This document shows, piece after piece, positions 23,536 through 35,526 of a DNA stretch of 64,000 nucleotides (within the stretch, counting starts at the first letter, position 1; each line of letters begins with the position of its first letter). The position numbers and the translations under genes are program-made. The notes under the pieces were generated by a model that ran no database searches, was not told the DNA's origin, and saw nothing but the letters and a program-made list of their open reading frames with translations. Source of the DNA: Naegleria gruberi (taxonomy: Eukaryota); NCBI GenBank assembly GCA_000004985.1, contig GG738856.1; one strand, 5' to 3'.

Positions 23536-24408
23536 TTTCTTATATTTAATATTTATACTATATTGATATATTATTTAAATAAATATTTAATGATGATGAT
23601 GACAATCAAAGGGTAAATAGAATTTGATATTAATATAACACTAGAAAAAACCCTTCTCTTAATATTGTTGTTGTTGTTGTATTTTTTTCTTGAAGAGTTT
23701 CAAGTCCCGAGAGAATTTTCCTTCATCAAAAAGAAAATCTTCATTCAAATAAGAGAAATTCACAATAACAACAAGTAATATAACAAACACGGCTAAGGAG
23801 TTGTTAATATATGAAGATGGGAATGAGAAATGATGCTTTCAATAGAGAGATTCATGAAATAATTGGCGCCGAATTGTTGAGGAAGAATCGTTTGAACAGA
23901 AAAGAAGAACCATTGATGAAAATAAGTAAGATATTGATTGGGGGATTCTTATTCAGTAAATTGGTGGTTATCAAAGAGTGGTTTTTGGTGGCTATATTGA
24001 GATGGAATGGATCGGAGGGTTAGTTGAGGATAATAATAATTGAAAAAATTGGATTGGTTGAGAATATAAGAATGAGTAGTGGCGAAATGGTTTGGAGGGA
24101 ATGTTAGATTTCCATCTTCTTGCTTGTTTTGAACAGATAATATATTGCATGAATTGAAATATTAAAAAGAATATTAAAACAGTATTGAATTGGCGGGAAA
24201 CCAATTCGGAATTTATTAAAACAAATTGAAAAAAATTACTCCAGAACGTCTTCATGAAAAATCCTCACACACGAAAATCAAACCGAACAATAACAGCAAC
24301 ATCAATAACCAACACACTAACGAGAGGATTTTTCTTATTTTTCATATATAGGAATTAACCATCATCACAGAAATTATTGTTAATTATTATTATTATTTTG
24401 ATCGGAGT

Positions 24409-27400
24409 ATGATGAGGAAACAAGAAAGTTTGATTAAAAAAACAGGGAATTTTGGTGATTTTTCTAATGCTGCCACAGCATCTATATCGGAAAATTCGGG
24501 ACAGAGGATGACACCTAGCCAATCGAAGGTTTATCCAAGTTTAATGGCAAGGAGTTCACCATTATCTTCATCTCCATACTGTTCTTCCAAATCATCAACA
24601 TCTGCATCCTGTAAATTATCCAATCAAATCACCAACACAAACAAGAATGTAAATAATCAAGATTCTGAAAATCAACAACAAAAAAGTATTGAAAGTGTAA
24701 AAAGTTCTTTTCACACTAGAACTCATTCAATACTTTCCCCTCAATGTAAAAACATTCAACCATCACAGTCAACTAGCTCATCAAAAACAAATGAAGGAAC
24801 AGTAACAAAACATGTAAAGTTTGTTATTCCAGAACGTAAAATTCCAAAACCAGAAACAAAAAAGGATATAACAACTACAGTTCCAAAGTTGGCAAGGGAA
24901 AAACAAAATCATCGTTACAATATTAATTTTTTTAATAGACCAACAATAACTCGAGATGGTCAAACAGTTCAACCTCCCCAAACCACTCAACCTTCTCCTT
25001 CATCTTTACAAAATAAGAGAAGTTTTGAAAATTTCAAATCTAGCTCTTCAAAATACGAGACATCAAAAAAACAAAAGAAAGACATCAATATGATAAACTT
25101 TCAAAAGAATTTATTTGAAATTCAGAAAGAGTTGTCAGAACAACCTTTCATCTCAAATGCCAACCCACTGACACCATCTCCAGAAAGCAATGGTCACTCA
25201 TCAGTATTTAACAACAACAATACTGTTCAGAAGGAGGAAAATCTCAAAATGCAAACCCCTCAATACTCTAACACCAATTTCATGATACTATCAGACTCTC
25301 TAGAAAGTATTACTATAGCAGAGGATTTATTAACTATCGACGATTCAATAGTGGAAGAAGCTATAAGCAAGGTCTTTAATTCAAAGCTTGGAAGATCTTT
25401 TTCATCAAGTACCAAAGAGAAGTACCTTCGTCATCTAATCAATCCCGAGGAAATTTCAAGGCTGGGAATTAAAGATTTATTTGGAGAATATTACCCCTCA
25501 GTGGGATATTTTACATTGAAAGATTCCAAGCCAATTTTCAAGCAAGTCAGCGATGGTTCTTTGACAAACATTACTGAAGGAACAGGGAAATCAATATATT
25601 ACTCCTACTCTAGATTAGCAAGATTGTTAATGAGTTTGGATTTAGGACGAGCCATGATGTTTGTCATCTTTTCTGAAGATGATTGGGATCATGAGGAAAA
25701 ACGAGTTTTAATTGAAAAAGCTTCTATAGATGGATTTAAGCATTCCTCTATCGAGTACAAATTCTTTGGTACAAGTAATTCTGGTATTAATGGGCATACA
25801 GCTCTGTTCATTGACACTCGATTGAATTTTGCTAAAATACATGACCTGCTGGGAGATTTTAGTGAGTGTGCCAAAGCTGGACCAAGGAAAGCTTTCAGTC
25901 GTATTGCTCTTGCATTAGGAAAAAGTTTTCAGAGTTTAGTCGAGTTGAAAAAGGAAGAATTATGGGTTCTGTACGATGAAGAGGATTATCCAGGTGTTGG
26001 TATGTTTTTTATTTCATGAAATTCAATAATTCTTACTTGAAAAGATGGTGCAGGCTTCATGCATGAGGATTACTTTCAAGATATTTTGAGAAATACAATT
26101 TGCACACCTTATTTTGAAACAAGGAAAAACACAACTGAAGCAGTATTTATGGATTGTAAAATTGAGGAAATTGTTGCAATGCAATTCAGAGCATTGGGAA
26201 TGAAGGGCGTCTTTCAGTCTATTCCCGATGAATATTGGAAGGAACTTCAAACGAGGCATGGCTTTCCAGATACTGTAAAATGCGTGGCAAGACCTTCAAT
26301 GATCAAATTTATGGGAAATTCGGAAGTTTATAGACATTTTGATGTTTTAAATGTTTCTAGAATTCAAGGAGGATCCATTAATAGAACATTCATGTCATGT
26401 ATGCTTAGAAGAACAACTAATAAGGAGGCCATGCAACAACTTTTCGTTAAAATGTTGGATGAGTACATCAAGAGTGAATCCAATATTCTAGATACAAAAT
26501 TCCTCTACAACTCTCTCCTTTCGAATGAAGTTTTCGATAATGGAGATTCCGTTTATAGGACAATCAAGAATTTACTCTTGGCAGGATTTGGAATGGAAAA
26601 TCCATTTGTTTACAAGTACATTAAGAAGAGAATCAAGGCAAGATTTCAATCCATGATTGATAACAAGCTGTGTCTCAAGATGAAATCAAAATTCTCAGTA
26701 ACTCTGATGGGAGTCATAGATGAGAGTGGTGAGCTAAATGCGGATGAGGTTTATATTCCCTGCCTCAAATTGCAAGAGCAATTAATGAGGGATTATTACA
26801 AATTGAAAGAGGTGATTGTCTATAGACATCCACTTGCTTACGAAGGAGATATTGCCAAGTTGAAATTGAGAAAAGATCCATGTAATGAATTTCTAGCATC
26901 TAGATCTAATGTCATTGTATTCCCAAAGGTTTTCAAAGAGAAATCTCCTCATCAATATCTAGCAGGAGGTGATTTAGGTATGTTTTTATTTTGAATTTTT
27001 CAAATTGACTCAATTCTTTAGATGGTGATGCTTATGAAGTTGTTTTTGATATGGAAATTTTGAAATTATTCGATAAGCATCCAAAACCAATTGATTACGA
27101 TGAAGGGAAGCAATCCAGTGGAGCAACCTCACAATCTATTCAACCTGTTACCAAGTTACAACCTTGTGATATTATCAGGGAACATGTAAAATGTTTTATT
27201 CAAAAACATACTCATACAGGTCTCCTTTTCTACTTTAATACTATTGCCAGAGACTCTGACGATATCAAATTAAAGGTTGATCTAGCCAAAGCATATTCCC
27301 ATTCTATAGATGCTATGAAGGGCTTTGAGCAGGATTTTAACAAACTCATTGAAAGAGCACGAGCTTTACCAGTTCCATACTGGTATCAACAATGGAAGTC

Positions 27401-27887
27401 GGTAAAGGTTTCAAAATGGGCACCAACTGATGCAAACATTACAATATTTGAAAATTTAATGTTAAATAAGGTTGTACATGCCTATCAGAAAATTGAATTT
27501 AAAAAGCCAGTAGAGATTGATCCTGAATTAATTGTTGAAACGCCAAAGGACACAGTCATGTGGAAGCTTGATTTTGATAACACGTATCAAAAATGGAACG
27601 AGTATTGGAAATCTAAAAAGAGAGTATTCGAGTCAACAACACAAGTAGAATTTACATTCAATGATAGATTCTTCAATGAACGGCTCAATTCAATTATGGC
27701 CAACACGATCTCTCACCAAAAGAACAAGTACCATAGCGATGAACCAGATTGGCACCAATTATTTTGTGGAAGTACTGTTGGAAAACAACTCGTAGCAAAA
27801 GCAAGTTATTGGATGCAACTTGCCTACGAGAAGGAAAAGGAACTTGCACAAAAGAAAAGAAGGGAGAGTTCAAGAAATCAATTCTAA
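24409..27887 (+). CDS. RNA-dependent RNA polymerase (eukaryotic RDR/QDE-1 family) with three exons and a low-complexity N-terminal region
   Basis: ORFs 24409..26019, 26059..26994 and 27051..27887 are colinear. They are separated by GTATGT...AG introns of about 45-50 nt near 26000-26044 and 26978-27021. Splicing the second intron reconstitutes the catalytic motif YLAGGDL|DGDAYEVVF (DLDGD). Confidence 0.85.
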
Positions 27888-28389
27888 AAAGTCCCTTTCT
27901 CTATACATGTGCCTTGCACTATTTGCAAATGCTTAAAAGTAATGAGTACAAATATCTTTTTCATCCGCACGTTAGAGTAAAGATTTGTTAGAGTGGTAAT
28001 ATTCGAGTTAAAATGGAAACTCTCAATTCGTCATTAGCCATACTTGCCTCACAAACTGATAAGTCCTTGATGAGCTTTTTCTAATTGACAAAGTTTCAAT
28101 TATATCTTTTAAATATGGAAAATTTTCAAATCGGGTCTCTTCATAGAATTTAATTAAGAACCCGTTCCAATATAGTATGACCTGTATTAGGAATTCTTAT
28201 CAAAATATTGTCATTGGATTTGTATTTATTACCTTTAAACAAACATGTTTACTTCAATCATTCTTGAAGAAATGAAACAACAAACCAATAAAACTAAACC
28301 TTGCAACAACTCCAAGCAGCACCAGCACGCACGAACCAGTTGCAACAGTTGTTGGAATCAAGAAGAAAAGGAAACAAAAACTTGATTTT

Positions 28390-28962
28390 GTGAATGTTTC
28401 CTTCTACTCATCTTCTGTTCCCAATTGTCCCACTGATAGAGTTTTCAAAATGGAATACAGACAACCAGGCACTGTTCATTCCTCATCCAACAATTATTCG
28501 AATCCTTTCGAAACAACACCTTCCGAGAAGAATTTTCCAATCTTTCATTGGAATATCGAAAAAGAGCAACAAACAACACAAATACATCAACAACCATTCT
28601 CCAATTCTCCCCATAGTTCGAGTTCTTACTCCTCTCTCAAAACCACCAATCAACTTCTCAAATTCAACAAGACATCACCTCCAACATCATCAACTCCACC
28701 AACACCAAAATTACCTTCTCCTAAAATTCTATCAAGTGCTGCAGAATTGAGAGCTGTCAGCATTCATGTGGAATCTGAAAAGCCAAAACTTCAATCATTT
28801 GATCAAACTCAACATTATCATAATGAAACAGCAATTTTTGAGTGCGCAAATAGTCGAGTGAGATTAGCAAAGGAAGATACACCACCAAGTATCAAGATTC
28901 CTAACAACAAGAAAATTCAGAGAACAAGAGTTTTTACCATTAGCGAGTTATTACAACAATAA
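28390..28962 (+). CDS. Hypothetical S/T/P-rich protein, 190 aa
   Basis: ORF only and low complexity. A same-strand overlapping alternative frame exists, so coding status is uncertain. Confidence 0.3.
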   Translation: MNVSFYSSSVPNCPTDRVFKMEYRQPGTVHSSSNNYSNPFETTPSEKNFPIFHWNIEKEQQTTQIHQQPFSNSPHSSSSYSSLKTTNQLLKFNKTSPPTSSTPPTPKLPSPKILSSAAELRAVSIHVESEKPKLQSFDQTQHYHNETAIFECANSRVRLAKEDTPPSIKIPNNKKIQRTRVFTISELLQQ

Positions 28963-29101
28963 ATTTCAATACATCTTTTATGATTTCTTCCTTTCCAACT
29001 CTTCACCAATTATTCGAAACTAAACGAAACTGATACTATCCAGTACCAAGTTACAAAAAGAAAACTCTTGTTTATAAAAATCAAATTTCATCTAGATTTA
29101 T

Positions 29102-29599
29102 TTACAATACAGAATTGAATATTGACAATTCATTAATTAACAAGTCAATCTTTTCCTTTCCCTTATCAACATCCTTTCCCAAATTATCAACTCGATGCAC
29201 AAGTTGTTTCAAATCCATCAAATTCAAATCAGCAACCACTTGTTTAATCATATTGAAATTTGCCTTTCCACTAATTACCTTATTCGAATGTATTTCTTCC
29301 TGACTCAACACATATTCGAATACTTCATCTAGAATCGAAGCCAAATATTCACATTTGAGAACTTCCTTCTCAACAACCTTTCTGTGATGCTCTTCTAATG
29401 TGGAATTGAAATGTTGGACGAAAGATTGTACCTCACTCCATAATTCTAATAGTTTCATCAAGATTCGGTCATTGATGGAATGTTGATGGTTGGCAGAGAA
29501 GGGTTGTGGGATAAACTTTTCACTGCTTACACCTTGTTCGTATTTGACGTGGTTGAGACCTGATTTGGTGGTGTTGATTGCTCTGTGAAGATCGACCAT
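29102..29599 (-). CDS. Hypothetical small coiled-coil protein, 165 aa
   Basis: Continuous ORF in a gene-sized gap. No domain recognised. Confidence 0.4.
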   Translation of the reverse strand: MVDLHRAINTTKSGLNHVKYEQGVSSEKFIPQPFSANHQHSINDRILMKLLELWSEVQSFVQHFNSTLEEHHRKVVEKEVLKCEYLASILDEVFEYVLSQEEIHSNKVISGKANFNMIKQVVADLNLMDLKQLVHRVDNLGKDVDKGKEKIDLLINELSIFNSVL

Positions 29600-30330
29600 T
29601 TTTGAATTTTTTTTAGTTTAGTTTAGTTTTGGAATAATTTCAAATTTTTATTGGAAAGTTGAAAAAAATTGGGAATGGAAAATTAACATTTATAGAAATG
29701 ATAAATTTTAAGAATTTTCTAACCAGTCAATTAACCAAAAATGTCTGGATAATATATTCAATTGTGAAATTTAACATTTTTAAAAGATTAGAATTAAGGA
29801 AATTAAAAATTTTCAAAAAAACAATTCGAATCCTTATTAATAATAAATTTTACAAAATTTAATTTCTCACTATTTCATTCAACCAGTAGCCGTTAAAAAA
29901 TATATAATTTCGAATAAAAATTTATTCACACAAATTATCCTAAACTTCAGAATTCAATGAAGGTAAATGATAGGACGAAGAAGAGTGCATTGAAGATCGT
30001 TTGATGTTAATTCTGTTGATAATCTTTAAATAACAAAGTTATTGGAAAGTAACTTTGTGAAAGTAAGAGCAATGAAATAATTGGAGTGTTATTAATCAGA
30101 GACCAACTTTCCTAATTTCTTCGGTTGACATTTGATCTCTTTTAGTATGACCCGAGTCAACTCTATCCGAAACTAGTGACTTGTAACTGAAACAGAAAAT
30201 AATCATTTTTAAAAAAAGTTTCATCACAACGAACGTTATATCTTGCTACTGTGGCTAGTGCGAGTTTCTTCTTTGAAATATAATAGTTTACTTTCGGATA
30301 AGAGGAAGAAGAAATATTATTCGAAACAAC

Positions 30331-31026
30331 ATGACTTCTCTATTTCGTCATTCTGATGGCAGTAATTCTGCCACGACATTATCAACTTTATACGAACCTT
30401 TAATTTCAACTTCAAACTCTTACTATGAACCACTTTCTAAATCACTTTCGTCTAAATCTTCATCATCATCATCAACAACAACAGAGAAATTATCAGAAAG
30501 GGATCACATAGCTTCCTATCAATGCGCCTCCAAACTAAACGAATGTTGCAAACGTCATGATTGGATAGGTTTCGGCTCCCTTCTTTCTCCTCACGAAATT
30601 GAAAAAGGAATCAATGAATTACAATCCAAATACGACAAGGAAATCACTCCACAAACATATATTAGCATATTCATTCCTCGATTAATGAAAAGCAATCGAG
30701 GAAAGTATAATAATTTGGTGGATTTTGAATTTAGAAGAGAATTTATCTTTTCCAACTTGGAAGTTGCCTTTGTTTTCAATTATATTTACAAAAATAATGT
30801 GGAAAATGGTTATTTGATGAATCAGAATGGGAGAAGGGAGGGTTGTCTTGAGAATTGTGGAAAGAGTGGACGAAATCAAGTGTTGGAAAGTGAAGATGTG
30901 AAAATGTTTGAGGAGGAGGAAGTTTTGTGGGTTAGGAGAGAAAGCCCAAATCATTGTTGGAAGGTGCAATTTAGTGGCACGCCCATTCAGCAGTCGATGG
31001 CTCCACAGTGTTGCATTATACTGTGA
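30331..31026 (+). CDS. Hypothetical protein with a C-terminal CaaX-type prenylation box (CCIIL), 231 aa
   Basis: ORF with an S-rich N-terminus that ends ...QCCIIL-stop. Confidence 0.4.
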   Translation: MTSLFRHSDGSNSATTLSTLYEPLISTSNSYYEPLSKSLSSKSSSSSSTTTEKLSERDHIASYQCASKLNECCKRHDWIGFGSLLSPHEIEKGINELQSKYDKEITPQTYISIFIPRLMKSNRGKYNNLVDFEFRREFIFSNLEVAFVFNYIYKNNVENGYLMNQNGRREGCLENCGKSGRNQVLESEDVKMFEEEEVLWVRRESPNHCWKVQFSGTPIQQSMAPQCCIIL

Positions 31027-31624
31027 GTTGGTTGCTTCTTATGTTGATTAGTTGAGTTTCCATTATGTGATTGTAATGGATTTTTAGAAACGATTCGTCC
31101 GCTTTCTCTTTTACTGTAAATATTTAGAGAGTCACTTCCCTACCTTCCCTTCCTACCTTTTCCTGTCGTCAATTTTGAAGATGATGATTATCATCCACTT
31201 TAGACAAAATTTTTCACAACTTTTGTAACGGTTTTTAATTTCCTTTTTGAGAGAAACCATGTAATTTTAAAGAGATTAATACAATATTAAACTATAATAT
31301 TATATTTACTAAGTGTTCTACCATATCAACTAATACATTCAGTCACATATGATTGCTCCTTCAAGACAAAAATCATTATTTGTTTTAGAACAACTCATTC
31401 TCGATAATTACTAGGAGAAAATAAGGTAGTATTTCAGCTGTAGGTAGCACGATAAGTGAATGTGAATATGTATCAAGATGAAAGATCGAAAAAGTGGAAT
31501 GGTGGAGAAAACAGCAAAACAGTAAACTAACCATTAAACAATGGTGAGCTTTACTTTGCACTACAAGATGTGAAAGTTTGCTTGGGAGAGTTTGAAAATT
31601 TTTGGATTTATCACAATTCGAATC

Positions 31625-32305
31625 TTAAATAATATTACATGATTTTCCATTGATTTCTTCTTTTGGAATTTTCACATTCGAATCCGTATTTAATGAATTA
31701 AATCTCGCCAATAACTTCAATAATTCATAAAACATTTCATTGACATTTTCACCTGTTTTGGAAGAAGTTTCGAAAAAGAGTTTCAGTTCATGTTTCGTCG
31801 ATAATTCCAGACCTTCTTCGTACGAAACTTGACGTGAAGGCGAATCTGATTTGGTTCCAACTAGAATTATTTCACATTCCACTTTTGGATTTAATTTCGA
31901 AATTTCAATCCACCTTTCCACATTCTCAAAACTTGATCTATTCGAAATGTCATAACAAATAATTATTCCTCTAACTTTTTTAAAATAAACATCTGGAATA
32001 TTAGAAGGTCCATAAAAGGAGCTCCTGAACTCGAATTCTACTAACACTGATTCAAATCTATTCGAAACTTACACTTTCGTCAGAATACCACAAACGAAAT
32101 CATGCTTGTAAAAAATTGTTTTACTGGTCATGGGCAATGGATTATCGTATTTCGTATCAGGTGTCATATATCGATTCGTGTTTAATCTTTCAAGTAGTCT
32201 TATCTTGCCACTTTTTTTATCTCCGACCAAAATTACTGTTTCGAATAATTTAATTAATTAATTTTCGAATAAATAGATGAAATTCAAACACTAACTTTGA
32301 TGCAT
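31625..32305 (-). CDS. Divergent Ras-superfamily small GTPase-like protein, multi-exon, with degenerate G1 and G3 motifs and a C-terminal CaaX box (CNII)
   Basis: The 3' exon 31625..32047 encodes EFRSSFYG...IIICYDISNRSSFENVERWI...ILVGTKSD...ETSSKTGENV...CNII, a Rab/Ras-like core. Upstream, the ATG at about 32305 and a 60-nt intron give MHQIILVGDKKSGKIRLL, a P-loop-like GDKKSGKI. The exon 2 to exon 3 junction near 32046-32092 is unresolved. Confidence 0.55.
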
Positions 32306-32555
32306 TTCACTACAAAAAGAATTGCTAACAAATAATTTCAATTTTTCATTCAATTTCCTGTTAAGTCCACAAATTAGTCCACTTTCGTCCACTTTATCAT
32401 CAAGAATAATCACAACATGTTCTTTCATTTTTTTTAAAATATTAAATAAATTAAAATCAAAATTAGATCTTTTCTGAATATTGTAATCTAGTTCCCAGTG
32501 AATAGATTCTTATATTGGAAAGAACATGGAAATTGCTTTCGAATAATTAAAAAAA

Positions 32556-33710
32556 ATGACAACTTTGCTTTCGGATTTTTATGAATGGATTTCAAAACTT
32601 TCAACACCTAAACAATTAGCTTCTTCTGTCTTGGCACTGTTTCTTCTCGGATCAGGTTTCAGGTTGTGGAAACATTTTACTCCGAAATCTAGACGAAAGT
32701 CACCTAATTCTGAAGAAAGAAATCAATTATCCACCCATGCAGAATTATTAGAATATTTATCAACAAATATGCCAATGGAATTTAATCATTGCATCAAGTT
32801 TCTATTCGAAACTGTCGATCGTAAGAAATATGCAACAGATTCGAAACTTTCCAATGAAGATTTTCAATTATTGAAACCATATGCAGATTCTGCCATGCCT
32901 CTTCGTTGTAATGCCACAATTTCAGCACCTCACATGCATGTCACTTGTTTAAATGCTTTGAAAGATTCGATTAGTTTGGAAAATTCGAAAGCAGACGAAA
33001 TTTCATGTTTGGATATTGGAAGTGGAAGTGGATTTATCAGTGCAGCTCTTTGTCATTTATTGGAATATCATGGAAAGAAGGGAAGGATTTTAGCAATTGA
33101 TCATATTTCAGATTTGGTTGAATTGGGAAGAGAAAATGTTGAACGAGACGAAAGTTCAAAGAAATTTTTGGACGAAACTTATCCAATTCGATTGATTTTT
33201 AAGGTTGGAAATGGATATGATCAAGATTCCATTAGAAATCTCTTTAATGAAAGTTTCCATTTGGAGGATCAACTTTCGAATAATGAAAATATTCCACTTT
33301 TCGATTTAATTCACATGGGAGCTGCTTGTCCAATTCTTCCACAACACTTGTACAAATTATTGAAACCGAATGGTAGATTAGTTTGTCCAGTAGGTCCCTC
33401 AGTTGGTATTCAAGAATTACTTTGCATTGAAAAGCAACTGAAACTCATTTCTCCAACAAGTCTCGAAACGAATCAATTATTCGAAAGTGGAAATCAATTT
33501 AGAGAAATCCAACTCGTCCAATCGATTGCCAAGGTCCATTTCGTCCCATTATTCATCAACACTGAAGAACAGGAGAGACATTTCAATAGATCGAATCCTC
33601 GTCTCATTCAAGTAAATGAGAATGAGAAAGTTGTCGTCCTACCTTACTTGCATTTAATTGATAATTCGATAACTTGTTTGGAAGACATTAAATGGGAGGG
33701 TGATGAATAA
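32556..33710 (+). CDS. Protein-L-isoaspartate (D-aspartate) O-methyltransferase domain protein, PCMT/PCMTD-like, 384 aa
   Basis: ISAPHMHVTCLNAL, SAM motif I CLDIGSGSGFISAALCHLL, ILAIDHISDLVE, GAACPILPQHLYKLLKPNGRLVCPVGP. Colinear with PCMT1. Confidence 0.85.
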   Translation: MTTLLSDFYEWISKLSTPKQLASSVLALFLLGSGFRLWKHFTPKSRRKSPNSEERNQLSTHAELLEYLSTNMPMEFNHCIKFLFETVDRKKYATDSKLSNEDFQLLKPYADSAMPLRCNATISAPHMHVTCLNALKDSISLENSKADEISCLDIGSGSGFISAALCHLLEYHGKKGRILAIDHISDLVELGRENVERDESSKKFLDETYPIRLIFKVGNGYDQDSIRNLFNESFHLEDQLSNNENIPLFDLIHMGAACPILPQHLYKLLKPNGRLVCPVGPSVGIQELLCIEKQLKLISPTSLETNQLFESGNQFREIQLVQSIAKVHFVPLFINTEEQERHFNRSNPRLIQVNENEKVVVLPYLHLIDNSITCLEDIKWEGDE

Positions 33711-33850
33711 TTAATTAATAACATTAAGTATTGAATTAAATATTTATAATATTTCTATATTTGGTCTTGTTAAATTTTTTGTAATAAATTGAATAAAGGA
33801 ACATTGAACAATAGACAAGTTTCCATTACAAATCATGAGTTTCAAAAAAA

Positions 33851-34867
33851 ATGGGTAAACATGAAAGCAAGGAATATTCACATTTTTCAAATGACGTTTT
33901 ATGGGAAATTTTATCATTTCTCGAGAAGGATTACAAATTTCAAATATTTTCGTTCGGTTTAGTTTCGAAACAGTGGTATGCTTTCATAAAAGAACGACTG
34001 AAATTTTCAGTGACATGTGGAAATGATAAGAAATTGAAAGGTGACTTTCTACAAAATATTACAAGTTGTAAAGTGATGAGAAAAAGTGAAAAAGTGAAAC
34101 TGAGGATTGAAAAGTTGAAGAATTTGACATATTTGGATATTAGTGAGAATTATATTTTTGATAAATTGGTCAATTGGGGAAAATCTTTTGGAAAATTGGA
34201 CAAATTGACCCATCTCAATATTTCAAAGAATCGAATTGAAAGAAAAGGAATCAAATATCTTACCCGAATGAAACAATTAAGAATTTTGGATATTAGTTGT
34301 AATAATATCGATTATTGTGGTCTTTTCCTTATTTGTAACATGAACCAATTGACCAATCTAAATATCAGTCGGAATTTTATCAAAGAGAAATCTATTTATC
34401 TTGTTGATTTGAATCAATTAACAACTCTCATTGTGAGACAGAATGATATTACACAAGTTTCATTTCTTTCAAACTTTACAAAATTGACTAATTTGGATGT
34501 CAGTCAAAATCTTATTGGAAATGAAGGAATTAAATTTGTGGGAGAAATGAAACATTTAACATGTCTTAGGGCTTGTTCGACTGGATTTGATGAAGAAGGA
34601 GCAAAATGCATTGGTCAATTGAGCCAGTTGACTTGTTTGGACGTTAGTCATAATAGTATTAAGAATCAGGGAGTTGAATTTATTAGTCAACTGAGCTACT
34701 TGACAGATCTTACCGTTATTCATTGTCATATAGATCTTGAAGGTGTCGAATTTATTACTAAAATGAATCAGTTGACCAGATTAGACATTAGTCTCAATCT
34801 TTTTGGAACACCTAAAAAGATAGCTACGGAACTATTGAGTGCAAATAAGGAATATTTCAATATATAA
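33851..34867 (+). CDS. Protein with an F-box-like N-terminus and leucine-rich repeats of the 24-residue ribonuclease-inhibitor-like type, 338 aa
   Basis: The N-terminus VLWEILSFLEK...LVSKQWYAFI is F-box-like. About 10 tandem 24-aa LRRs follow: L.QLT.LDIS.N.I...G.KFI..M. It is a paralog of 62109..63310. Confidence 0.75.
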   Translation: MGKHESKEYSHFSNDVLWEILSFLEKDYKFQIFSFGLVSKQWYAFIKERLKFSVTCGNDKKLKGDFLQNITSCKVMRKSEKVKLRIEKLKNLTYLDISENYIFDKLVNWGKSFGKLDKLTHLNISKNRIERKGIKYLTRMKQLRILDISCNNIDYCGLFLICNMNQLTNLNISRNFIKEKSIYLVDLNQLTTLIVRQNDITQVSFLSNFTKLTNLDVSQNLIGNEGIKFVGEMKHLTCLRACSTGFDEEGAKCIGQLSQLTCLDVSHNSIKNQGVEFISQLSYLTDLTVIHCHIDLEGVEFITKMNQLTRLDISLNLFGTPKKIATELLSANKEYFNI

Positions 34868-35002
34868 ATATCAAATAGATATTTTTCACATCCCAACAAA
34901 GTTATCCTAATTATTAGCACTTTACAACTTGTAATATTTTGTATAATTGCCACTATTTCCATATCTGAATAGTTTTATATTTGAGATTTAAGGACATTGA
35001 AT

Positions 35003-35122
35003 GGCTACGGCCATATCACGATGAATGCACCTCATCCCGTCCGATTTGAGAAGTTAAGCATCGTCGAGCCACATCAGTACTGAGGTTGGAGACAACTTGG
35101 GAACCTGTGGTGCTGTAGTCTT
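35003..35122 (+). rRNA. 5S ribosomal RNA gene
   Basis: GGCTACGGCCATATCACG...GTCCGATTTGAGAAGTTAAGCATCGTCGAGCC...GGGAACCTGTGGTGCTGTAGTC is colinear with the eukaryotic 5S consensus over about 120 nt. TTTTTT follows immediately, a Pol III terminator. Confidence 0.9.
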
Positions 35123-35128
35123 TTTTCA
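35123..35128 (+). terminator. Oligo-T Pol III terminator of the 5S gene
   Basis: A tttttt run directly after the 5S 3' end. Confidence 0.7.
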
Positions 35129-35526
35129 GTTTTGATTCTTGTCCATACTATGCAAGAGATTGGATATCGAGCTGTATTTCTTAGGTGAAGGATGAGTTAA
35201 CAATAACTATCTTTCGAATTGGTTCCAAATAAGATGATAAAGTTCACAACAAGTTCATACTATTGTAACAGTGATAGTTCCATGAATCGGTAATATTTTA
35301 TCGGAAAGCTTTACAATAGTTCATGAACCTTTATGAACTTTCAACGATCGTAGTGAAAATCACCACAAAAAAAAATGGCACAACATCAATACCACTACAT
35401 TCTCAACACACAAAACGAACATCATTCCTATTATATGAGGAATAATTCTCGTCCAGAGACTAAACTGCAAGAAATTAAGAAAATTTTCAAGGATAATTTT
35501 ACAAATGAGAGTTAATTGTTGAGTGT

